64,000 nt of DNA. Source: Myxococcales bacterium. GTDB lineage: Bacteria; Myxococcota_A; Polyangia; Polyangiales; DASUME01. The stretch spans positions 320,001 through 384,000 of the forward strand of contig JASGJH010000001.1 of assembly GCA_047601445.1 (NCBI GenBank), given 5' to 3'. This document shows positions 29,622 through 38,500 of this stretch, one piece after another. The notes beneath the pieces were generated by a model. That model was not told the DNA's origin, did no database searches, and saw only the letters and a list, made by a program, of their open reading frames with translations. The position numbers were made by a program, and so were the translations under genes. Position 1 is the stretch's first letter, and every line of letters begins with the position of its first letter.

Positions 29622-30481
29622 GCGGACACGCTCTGGGCCGTTCGCTGGGGCTGGGCGGGCGCATTGCGCAGCCGCTCGAGCTCGAGGGCATCGTGGGCGC
29701 TGAACAGCGTGAGGTTTGCGGGATGGGCGTGCTTGAGCGCGCGCAGTCGGTCCTGGTTCTTTAGACGCAGCGAATCGTCCTGGGCCATCATGGTCTGGAA
29801 GGCGCGAAAGCCCACCGGGCAGCTCGCCGGTTCGTTCATCTCGTCGTGGTGGAAGTAGGCGTCGCCGCAATGCACGAGGTATCCGCTTCCCTGTCGCACC
29901 GCGACCGCCACGTGGCCCCGCGAGTGACCCTGCACAGGCACCAACAGGATGTCGGTTTCCTTGGCGGTTAGAGCGCGTACCGACTCGAAGCCATAGAAGG
30001 CATCGCCAGCGAGCTCGTGGATTTGCCAGCGCGGGGCATGGGACCAGCAGTGCTGCAGATAGCGCCGACGCTCCGCGAAGGTGGGGGGCGACATGGCCGC
30101 GCGATGCTCGTCCGCGAATACGTGGACGCTCGCCTCCGGGAAGTCCGAGATGCCGCCGGCATGATCGAAGTCCAGGTGCGTGAGCACGATGTGGCGCACG
30201 TCTTTGGCGGAGAACCCCAACTCGCGGACCTGGGCCAGCGCCGATTGGGCGGGGCGCATCACCGGACGCAGCGCGGCGCGAATGATCAGGGGCACGCGAC
30301 TGCGCTTGGGATCGAGGTCGCTGGTGGAGAGACCGGCATCGACCAACACCAGACCCGCCTCACTCTCGATCAGCAGACAATGACAGACGACATCGCCCAT
30401 TTCGAACACCCCTCCGGTACCGTGGAAGAAGCGACGTCCGAAGGGACACATGCTGCCGCAGTTGAGATGGTGGATGCGCAT
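29618..30481 (-). CDS. MBL-fold metallo-hydrolase
   Basis: HHLNCG start, THLDFDHAGG, GHSRGH, GDAY and SAHD motifs. Confidence 0.9.
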   Translation of the reverse strand: MRIHHLNCGSMCPFGRRFFHGTGGVFEMGDVVCHCLLIESEAGLVLVDAGLSTSDLDPKRSRVPLIIRAALRPVMRPAQSALAQVRELGFSAKDVRHIVLTHLDFDHAGGISDFPEASVHVFADEHRAAMSPPTFAERRRYLQHCWSHAPRWQIHELAGDAFYGFESVRALTAKETDILLVPVQGHSRGHVAVAVRQGSGYLVHCGDAYFHHDEMNEPASCPVGFRAFQTMMAQDDSLRLKNQDRLRALKHAHPANLTLFSAHDALELERLRNAPAQPQRTAQSVSA

Positions 30482-30559
30482 GGCCACCGAACCTAGCGGA
30501 GTTCGCGGTCCAGATCACCAGCTCGTTTGGGCGCGGCTCGCACCGGCAGGAGGGTGCGT

Positions 30560-31753
30560 TCAGCCGCCGCCCGGGTCGTCGTCGTCGGCTTCGCTCACTT
30601 CTTCGGTTGGTGGGCGGTCGTCGTCGAGTGCGTCGAGGTAGCCTTCGGGAAGCTGCACGCGCTGGCGTCCGGACGCCTTCCCACGCGGGACACGCATGGC
30701 TTGGGGCGGAAACGGCGCGCTTTGATCGGCCTGCGCGAGCACGTCCTCGAGCTCTTGCAGCGTGGTCACGTGGACCAGCTTGGCGCGCAGTTCGGCGCTG
30801 CCCCGGAACCCTTTGGTGTACCAGGTGCTGTGCTTGCGGAACATGCGCATGGCGGCCGCTTCGCCGAGCCAGCTCGCGAGCAACCGCGCGTGGTCCAGCA
30901 TGATGCCCACGACCGCGCCCAGGTCTGGCGGATCCTGCGGCTCCCGGCCGTCGAAGACGTCGGCCAAGTCGCGGAACAGCCAGGGGCGCCCGAGGCAACC
31001 TCGCCCCACGATCACACCGTCGCAGCCCGTCTCCCGCATCATGCGCAGGGCATCGTGGGCCTCCCAGATGTCACCGTTGCCCAGCACGGGGATGCTGCGC
31101 ACGGCGCGCTTGAGCTCCGTGATGGCCGACCAGTCGGCGTGCCCGTCGTAGAGCTGTTCGGCAGTGCGCGCGTGCAAACCCACCGCGGCGCAGCCTTCAC
31201 CCTCGGCCACGCGGCCCGACTCGAGGAACGTGAGGTGATCGCCGTCGGTGCCTTTGCGGAACTTGATGGTGACGGGAACCTTGCCCGCATTCTGCACCGC
31301 GGCGCGCACGATGTTGCGCAGCAGGCGGGGCTTGAGCGGGATGGCCGCGCCGCCGCCCTTGCGCGTGACCTTGGGCACGGGACAGCCGAAGTTCATGTCG
31401 AGGTGATCGACTCGGCCTTCACCCACCAGCCACTTCACGGCTTCGCCGACAAAGTAAGGGTCCACACCGTAGAGCTGAAGGCTGCGGGTGCTTTCTTCGG
31501 GACCGAAGTCGGCGAGGCGTCGGGTCTTGTCACGTCCCTCGGCCAGCGGGCGCGCGGTGATCATCTCGCTCACGTACAGACCGGCGCCAAACCGACGCGC
31601 CAGGGTACGGAACGGGTAGTTCGTGACGCCTGCCATGGGCGCCAACACCACCGGGGGCCAAACCGTGAGGGGACCCACATTAAGCGGGGAAAACTCGCCT
31701 GTTTGGGCCAGGGGAACGCCCCGATTCAGGTCGCTGAGGTACTTCGCATCCAT
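30560..31753 (-). CDS. dusB: tRNA-dihydrouridine synthase (DusB family)
   Basis: LAPMAGVT, DMNFGCPVPKV, HART, GNGDI and GRGCLGRPWLF motifs. Confidence 0.9.
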   Translation of the reverse strand: MDAKYLSDLNRGVPLAQTGEFSPLNVGPLTVWPPVVLAPMAGVTNYPFRTLARRFGAGLYVSEMITARPLAEGRDKTRRLADFGPEESTRSLQLYGVDPYFVGEAVKWLVGEGRVDHLDMNFGCPVPKVTRKGGGAAIPLKPRLLRNIVRAAVQNAGKVPVTIKFRKGTDGDHLTFLESGRVAEGEGCAAVGLHARTAEQLYDGHADWSAITELKRAVRSIPVLGNGDIWEAHDALRMMRETGCDGVIVGRGCLGRPWLFRDLADVFDGREPQDPPDLGAVVGIMLDHARLLASWLGEAAAMRMFRKHSTWYTKGFRGSAELRAKLVHVTTLQELEDVLAQADQSAPFPPQAMRVPRGKASGRQRVQLPEGYLDALDDDRPPTEEVSEADDDDPGGG

Positions 31754-31857
31754 GGGCTGGGATTGCCCTCAATAGCAGACCACGCCACAGCCGGCCCGAT
31801 CATGGTCGAGACGAAAACGTTTCTTGAGAATTCTTCGTAATGGTTCTTGGCGGGGCC

Positions 31858-31988
31858 GACTTCTAAGCATCCAATCGGCAGCATTCGTCGAACTCGTCGG
31901 TTGGGAGACCTTGGCGCCAGCCAAGGTCAGCTTGGGGGCCTCCCGCCCCAGCGAAGTTATGCCTGGTCAGGCCAGGCGGCAGAGAGTC
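31858..31988 (+). other. Candidate structured RNA leader (four hairpins in a closed multiloop)
   Basis: Stems 31871-79/31896-904, 31907-15/31920-28, 31930-37/31946-52, 31961-67/31971-77; closing GACTTCT/AGAGAGTC. No recognised family. Confidence 0.4.
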
Positions 31989-32017
31989 ACAAGGGTCGAC
32001 AGGCCCGGAGGAAGAAC

Positions 32018-32785
32018 ATGTCGCGCAGCGTGAGAGCTTACTTGGTTTGTGTGGCGGCCCTGACTCTTGGGGGCTGCTTCAAGCACCACACGGTCGAGGA
32101 AGGTCAGATCGTTCCCCTCAACGACGACGGCGATGGCGACGGCGATGGCGCCGGCAACGATAAGGGTGACGGCGACCAGGGCGACGGCGACGACAGCATG
32201 GGCGACGGCGACCAGGGCGATGGCGACGGCGACACTCAGCCGAGCATTCCTGGCCTCGACTGCAAGGACCCCACGGACGATCTGACCAAGACCCTGTGCG
32301 GCATCTTCGGCGGCGGCACCGGCACGGGTACTGGCACCGGCACGGGCACCACCATCCCCGGACTCGACTGCAAGAACCCCAAGGACGAGATCACCAAGGC
32401 GATCTGCGGGCTCACCGGCGGCGGTACGGGCACTGGCACCGGCACCACGATCCCCGGGCTCAACTGCTTGCTCCCGAAGGATGAGATCACCGCCCTCCTG
32501 TGCGGCATCACCAGCGGCGCTGGCGGCTCGAACAGCGGCGCCGGTGACCTGCCGGACCTGCTCGGCATCGACTGCAAGAAGCCGACCGATCCGTTTGCTC
32601 AGCTGCTCTGCGGTGGCCTCGGCGGCACGGGCACCGGTACGGGCAATGGCAATGGGACCGGCAATGGGAACGGCACTGGCACCGGCACCGGCACCGGCGG
32701 CGTCACGGCCGAGCAGTGCAAGAAGCCGGCGAACCAGTTCATCTCCTTCCTCTGCTCGCTGCAGGGCACGACCCAGGCCCGCTGA
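32018..32785 (+). CDS. Lipoprotein with GDG linker and five C-x11-C repeats separated by GT-rich spacers
   Basis: GGAGG RBS, lipobox LGG-C, repeats of the type IPGLDCKNPKDEITKAICG. Confidence 0.8.
   Translation: MSRSVRAYLVCVAALTLGGCFKHHTVEEGQIVPLNDDGDGDGDGAGNDKGDGDQGDGDDSMGDGDQGDGDGDTQPSIPGLDCKDPTDDLTKTLCGIFGGGTGTGTGTGTGTTIPGLDCKNPKDEITKAICGLTGGGTGTGTGTTIPGLNCLLPKDEITALLCGITSGAGGSNSGAGDLPDLLGIDCKKPTDPFAQLLCGGLGGTGTGTGNGNGTGNGNGTGTGTGTGGVTAEQCKKPANQFISFLCSLQGTTQAR
32261..32755 (+). repeat. Five intragenic C-x11-C repeat units with (GT)n linkers
   Basis: CKDPTDDLTKTLC, CKNPKDEITKAIC, CLLPKDEITALLC, CKKPTDPFAQLLC, CKKPANQFISFLC. Confidence 0.85.
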
Positions 32786-32878
32786 GCGCTGACCTGAGGC
32801 GAGCCCGCCGGGCCCGTTCTCGACTGGAAGGTGCGTGCGAGGCGGCACGCGATTCGGTCGCAGACGGGCTCTCGGCTT

Positions 32879-33403
32879 TTAAGGCGCGTACTCGGCGACC
32901 GACTCGACCGGATGCAGAGTCTCGTAGACGCGACCCACGAGCACCTTCACGCGCTCATCGTCGAGGCGACTCTGGGCCAACTCGAACAGCCAACGCGCGA
33001 TGCGCTCGCTGGTGGGGCTGAAGGGAAACACCGCGAGCTTCATGCCGCCTGGAAAAGCGGCGCGCGCGCCATTCAACAGCAGCTCGGCGGGAGCGGCCTC
33101 CTCGCAGTGCGCGGGCCCCCGCGACAAGAGCAGCTTGCGTCCCGTCTCGCGCAGCTCTGGCTCGATCTCGGAGAAGGTCTCGCTACCGATCGCGAGAGCG
33201 TGATCCAGGAGCTGGTGGCAGGGGGCGAGTACCTCGCGCTTGAGCTGTCCGAAGTCGACCACGAAGCCTTGCGAGCACAGCTCGTGGGCGCCGACCACCA
33301 CTTCGAACTTCCAGGTGTGCCCGTGCAAGTTGATGCAGGGACCCAAGTGGCCGCGCACGTGATGCGCGAAGTCGATATCGATGGACTTGCGGATCCGGAA
33401 CAT
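32879..33403 (-). CDS. 6-carboxy-tetrahydropterin / 6-pyruvoyl-tetrahydropterin synthase family (QueD-like)
   Basis: FAHH, CINLHGHTW, VDFGQLK, LDH, PTSERIA and VYET motifs. Confidence 0.85.
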   Translation of the reverse strand: MFRIRKSIDIDFAHHVRGHLGPCINLHGHTWKFEVVVGAHELCSQGFVVDFGQLKREVLAPCHQLLDHALAIGSETFSEIEPELRETGRKLLLSRGPAHCEEAAPAELLLNGARAAFPGGMKLAVFPFSPTSERIARWLFELAQSRLDDERVKVLVGRVYETLHPVESVAEYAP

Positions 33404-33434
33404 GGCCTCGCTGTGACACGTCATCCTCCGCGTT

Positions 33435-34448
33435 TCAAACGGGAGGCTCGCCGAGCGCCGGGCGCCGCAGCTGGCGGTCGATGAAGCGGAACGTCTCGGC
33501 CCAACAGCGCCGCGCCGCTTCGCGCCAGAACATGAAGTGAAAGGCGTGGAGTTCCCCCGAGTAGTACCGCACTTCGTGGGGAACCCCGCGGCGCGCCAGG
33601 GCTTCGCCCATGCGGCGCGTGTCGTCGACCAGCGGGTCCGAAGTGCCCACCGGCAAGAAGAAGCCCGGCAGCGTACGGCTGAACCGGTAGTTGCTCTCGA
33701 AGATGCGCAGCGGATCGAGCAGATCGAGCTCACCCGGCGCCCACGGGCCCCGCAGATCGACGTAGACGTCGGGCAGCTGGTTCAGCACGCGCCGCACGAT
33801 GGGGCCGAGGCGCGGCTTGGCACCGAGGCGGCCGGCCTGGGAAACCTGGAGGATGCCGCACGCTGCGACCACGGCGCGGGGGGAAACACCACCCTCGAAC
33901 AACGCTCGGGCCCAGCTCTCGGGACGGGGCGAGGCGCATGCGATGGCGAGCGAAGAGACCAGGTTGGCTCCGGCCGACTCGCCCGCCAACACCAGCCGCG
34001 TGGCGTCACCGCCGAAGCGAGCGGCGTTGTCGTGCACCCAGCGCAGGGCTTCCGCGACGTCTTCGATGGCGGCCGGGTATTTGTTCCGCGGGGCCAGGCG
34101 GTAGTTCAAGTTGAACACCACGAAGCCGGCGTTCGCGTAGGCGTGGCCCACGAAGAAGTGGGTCTCCTTGGAGCACCACATGAAGACGCCGCCGTGAACG
34201 TAGAGCACCACCGGCAGCGGGCCCTGTTGTGCTTGGGGGATGTACACGTCGAGCTGGTGAGAACGCAGTCCCGAGCCCAAGTAAGGGACGTTGCGGATCA
34301 CCCTGACGCGCTCGAGCGATGCGCGCTGCTGGATGCGACCGACGGCTTCGAGTCCGAGCGTGGCCAGCTTCTCCACCGAGCGCGGCAGGGAACCGCTGAT
34401 CCGTGCGGGCCGGCGCATGGGGATCACCTTGGCGTCGTAGCTGCTCAC
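33435..34448 (-). CDS. alpha/beta hydrolase (HSL-like esterase)
   Basis: HGG, NYRLAP, GESAG nucleophile, DPL and H.F motifs. Confidence 0.9.
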   Translation of the reverse strand: MSSYDAKVIPMRRPARISGSLPRSVEKLATLGLEAVGRIQQRASLERVRVIRNVPYLGSGLRSHQLDVYIPQAQQGPLPVVLYVHGGVFMWCSKETHFFVGHAYANAGFVVFNLNYRLAPRNKYPAAIEDVAEALRWVHDNAARFGGDATRLVLAGESAGANLVSSLAIACASPRPESWARALFEGGVSPRAVVAACGILQVSQAGRLGAKPRLGPIVRRVLNQLPDVYVDLRGPWAPGELDLLDPLRIFESNYRFSRTLPGFFLPVGTSDPLVDDTRRMGEALARRGVPHEVRYYSGELHAFHFMFWREAARRCWAETFRFIDRQLRRPALGEPPV

Positions 34449-34579
34449 CGCACCGTCGCTCGTCTAGGGCCCATGTCTCTCCGCATAACATGGGGCTGAG
34501 CGCGGAGGAAAGAACGGGCGGCGGCCCGGATGTAAGCGCCTCCTTGACAAGGCACGCTCGACGCGAAACGAAGGCACCC

Positions 34580-35509
34580 ATGTTGAGCATCGATTTGACT
34601 GGAAAACGGGCGCTCGTGGCGGGCGTCGCGGACGACGGCGGCTTTGGCTTCGCGATCGCGAAGGCGCTGGCTGAGGCCGGTGCGAGCGTGTGTGTGGGCA
34701 CCTGGCCCCCGGCGCTCGGCATCTTCGAGACGCTGTTGAGGCGCGGGAAGATGGAGGAGTCTCTCCAGTTCGAGTCCGGTCAGGGCAAGCTCGAGTTCGA
34801 ACGTGTGTACCCGCTCGACGCCGAGTACGACACCATGGACGCGATGCCCGCCGAGTTGCGCGAGAACAAGCGCTACCGCGAGCTGGGAGACGTGAGCGTG
34901 GGCGGCCTGGTGCAGCGCCTCACGAGCGACTTTGGCGAGCCCTGCGTCGACATCGTGGTGCACAGCCTGGCGAACGGTCCCGAGGTGAAGAAGCCCCTGC
35001 TCGAGACTTCGCGCAGTGGATACCTGAGCGCCAACAGCGTGAGCGCCTACTCGTTCGTTTCGTTGGTGCAGCGTTTGGGACCCATCATGCGTCCGCGCGG
35101 CTCGTTCCTGGCGCTGAGCTACATGGCGGCCGAGCGCGTGATCCCTGGCTACGGCGGCGGCATGTCGTCGGCCAAGGCTGCCCTCGAGAGCGACACGCGC
35201 GTGCTCGCCTACGAAGCGGGGCGCAAGTGGGGCCATCGTGTGAACGTGATCTCGGCGGGGCCGTTCGCCTCGCGGGCAGCCAGCGCGATCGGGTTCATTG
35301 GAGCCATGATCGAGTACTGCCGCGAGCATTCGCCGTTGCCCGAGCCCCTGCAGGGGCGCGAAGTGGGTACCGCGGCGGCGTTCCTCTCGAGTGAGCTCGC
35401 GTCGGGCATCACCGGCCACTGCCTGTATGTCGACAAGGGTTACTCCTCGATGGGCGCGCCCACCGACCTGATCGAGAAGGCTGCCCAGGCGAAAGCGGCC
35501 AAGCAGTGA
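34580..35509 (+). CDS. fabI: Enoyl-ACP reductase, plant/chlamydial-type FabI
   Basis: AGVADDGGFGFAIA, GTWPP, HSLANGPEV, YGGGMSSAKAALESDTR and NVISAGP motifs. Confidence 0.92.
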   Translation: MLSIDLTGKRALVAGVADDGGFGFAIAKALAEAGASVCVGTWPPALGIFETLLRRGKMEESLQFESGQGKLEFERVYPLDAEYDTMDAMPAELRENKRYRELGDVSVGGLVQRLTSDFGEPCVDIVVHSLANGPEVKKPLLETSRSGYLSANSVSAYSFVSLVQRLGPIMRPRGSFLALSYMAAERVIPGYGGGMSSAKAALESDTRVLAYEAGRKWGHRVNVISAGPFASRAASAIGFIGAMIEYCREHSPLPEPLQGREVGTAAAFLSSELASGITGHCLYVDKGYSSMGAPTDLIEKAAQAKAAKQ

Positions 35510-35547
35510 TTTGAGCGCTGGAGGTCGCGTGACCTCCCTACAAGATT

Positions 35548-38500
35548 TCAGCGCTTGTTCGAGCCTGTGCCGCGGCGGCTCGCGCCGGGGAGGTCCTCGA
35601 AGCCCGGCAGCAGCATGCCGACGAAGTTCTCCGGGCGCCGCACTCCCTGGGCCTCGAACCAATCCTGCGCGCGAGCGCGCAACTCCTTGCCGCGCTCTCC
35701 GCCGAGCAATCGCCCGAGCTGATAGCGCGTCGCCGCGGCATAGAGCGTCATGTCGCTCTCGTAGAAGGCTGCCTCGGCCTGCTCCAGGCTCTGGATGGCG
35801 CGCTCGTGATCACCGCGCGAGGCGTCGACACCGGCGCGAGCTGCGTGGCCCCAGCCGGCGGCGTAGGCAGAGCGAGAACTGGCGAGCTTGGCGCCCGAGT
35901 CCGCCGCGTCACGCAACAACAGCTCGCGCTCGCCGCGCTCCACGCGAGCCTGGGAAATGGCGGCACGCGCGCGCACGTGACGCACGGCGTGGGCGACGAA
36001 CGGGATGCGCGGCAGGAGCGACTTGGTCAGCGCGGGCCAGGCAGCCATGACGCGTGTGTAGGGCCTGCCGCTGCGGGCGTAGATCTCGGTCTGCGCGATG
36101 CCAGTGAGATGAAACAGGTGTTGGATGTGGAAGTTCATGTGCGACCAGTTGGCGAGGGCTTCGTCCAACACGAGCGCCGCTTGCACGGGTTCGTTGGCCA
36201 TCAGATAGGGAATGTGCGCCACGGCGATGCGCAGGTTGGTGTACGTGTAGTGGTCGCCGCGCTCGCGGGCTTCGCGGATGTGCTCGGCCACGCGCTCGAA
36301 GTTGGTCTTGAGCTCTCCCAGGTAGAACTGCGAGATGGCGCGAAAGACGCGGGCGTTGCCGAGCTCCCAATCCACGTCGGTGCACTCGGTGGCGAGTATG
36401 CGCTCCGCCTCGGTCGACACCCGAACGTTCTCCCGGAAAGCGCCGTGCAAGAAGGTGGCACTCGAGCGCACCGACAACGCGAGTCCGCGCGCCTGCGGAT
36501 CGCCCACCCGCTCCGCCAGGGCCTCCGCGCGCTCGAGTGGCTTGAGCCAGGCATCGCTCTGACCATCCTCGGAGGTCACCGCCTGGTAGCCGCCCTCGAG
36601 GGCCAAGGCGCGCGCCAGGCGCACGGGATCGCCGAGCTCGAGCGCGAGCAGCAGGTGTCGCGTCTGGGCGTCCGCGCCGCGCACGGAGTCGATCATGCCG
36701 AGGGCACGTGCGAGCGAGCCGAGGATGTCGGCGCGCACCAGGTCGTTCGGGGGAATCTGGCTGGCGTCGCGCTCGGCGAAGCCGGTGCCGCGCGCGTTGA
36801 GGCGCAGCCGGCGCCACCACAGGGAGAACACGCTGCCGCTGGTCGACTTGGGGAGGTGAACGCTCAGCCGATCCAGCACGCGCGTGACGGTCTCGAGGCC
36901 TTCGTTCACGCTGCCAGTGCGCAGGAGCTGATGTGCGGCGCGCCGCTCGAGCTCCAGCGCGTCGGCGGGGTTGGCGTAGCGTGCCGCTTCCATGTAGGCG
37001 CGCGCAGCGTGGGCGCTCTGACCCGCGCACGCATAGGCGTGGGCGAGCTCCATACGCAGACGGCGCTCCTCGTCTGCCTCGACGCTGGGGTAGGCCAGGG
37101 CCTCCTGGTAGAGGTGCACGGCAGCGTCGAACGCCATCAGGTCGCGGGAGCGATCAGCCGCCCGGGCCGCGGCACGCGCGGCGCGCTCCGGGTTGTTGGC
37201 GTCGCGCAGGTGGGTGGCCAATACGTCAGGTGGAGCCTTCGGCCAGCTGGCCAGGGCCAAGGCGAGCTGTCGATGGATGCGCGCGTGGTCCACGTCGGCG
37301 CGCGCGAGCACGGCCTGGCGCAGGGCGGGATGGCTCGGCGCGTGGCGCTCGCCGTCGCTCTCGCGCACGCTGCGCGCGAGGTTGGCCACCCGCAACACGG
37401 CCATGTAGCGGCCCACGCTCTCCGCGGGTAGGCCCGCGGCCTCGCCTGCAACCTCGGCAGGCAGCGCGGTGCGCGCGTGACACAACGTGATCAGCAGCTG
37501 GCGTGCGTCGAGCGGCAGGTGCTCCACGCGCGACCACATCAAGTCGGTCAGGCTCAGGTCGGGCGGGGCGCTCGCCTTGGTGAGCAAGAGATGCCGCGCC
37601 AGCGCATCGACGCGCAGCGGGTGTCCGCCCGCGCTCGTCGCGAGCGCCGTGCCCAGCTCCGGGTCGCTCAGTCCCCCCGACTCCAGCAAGCGGTCTGCGA
37701 GCTCGCGCGCGGCGCCGTCGCCCAGCTCGCGCAGGCGCATCAGCGTGACCTGTTGCTCGTAGCGGGTGAGCCACTGGCGAAGCGGCGGCTCAGCCTCTCG
37801 CAGCTCGCCGTTCACGAGCAAGAGCAGCAGCAGGTCGGGCGGATCCGGGAGACGAATCATCTCCTCGAGCACGCTCAGCGCGTCCACGTCGGCCCACTGC
37901 ACGTCGTCGATCACCACCAACATCGGGTGGCGCTTCGAGAGATCGCGCAACAGCGAGCGCAGCGCGCGCATGGCGGCGCGGCGAATCGCAGGCGCTTCCT
38001 GGGGAGTGCGCGCCGACGAGTCGGGCAACGCCACACGCAACATCGAAGGAAAAAGCCGCGCCAAGAGCGAGGCCTCGGCGGGCATCAAGGTTGCGATAGA
38101 GCTCGCGTCCTGGGTCGCCAGGTAACGGCTGAGCGCGTCGATGACCCCCGAGACGCCGCGGTAGGCCCGTGGCCCTTCCTGCTCGCAGCGACCCGAGAGG
38201 TGCACGAGGTGCGGGTAGTCGTTGCGCAGCTTGCGCACCAGCTGGGCAGCCAGCGTGCGCTTGCCCACGCCGCTCTCGCCATACAAGCACAGGGCAGACA
38301 CGGCGCCGTGGCGCGTGCGCTCGAAGGCCTCGCCGAGCAGGCTCAGCTCGCGCTTTCGGCCCACGAAGGGGGGCGCGTCCCCGAGCAGCGAGAACGTCTG
38401 CGAGATGCGCCCCTCGGTCTCGGTGCGGATGCTGAGGCGCTCGCGGATCTCGTCGGCGTCCGGGCGCGCGTCGGGATCGATGGCCAACAAGTCTTCGCAC

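Noticed and set aside
31903..31971. Glycine-riboswitch-like fragments (GGAGA, CGAAG, TCAGG)
   Set aside because: Spacing and pairing do not fit the glycine aptamer, and the downstream gene is unrelated to glycine metabolism.
31995..32017. GACAGGCCCGGAGGAAG resembles the SRP RNA domain IV motif
   Set aside because: The GGAA tetraloop/GCAGC pairing and long flanking helix are missing; it is better explained as the RBS.
32121..32700. Short tandem repeats (GGCGAC, GGCACC) as CRISPR or contingency repeats
   Set aside because: They are in-frame codon repeats for GD/GT linkers, with no constant repeat-spacer structure and no cas genes.
32879..33403. QueD as part of a 7-deazaguanine DNA modification (dpd) system
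   Set aside because: No dpdA/tgt-like, queC, queE or folE genes lie nearby.
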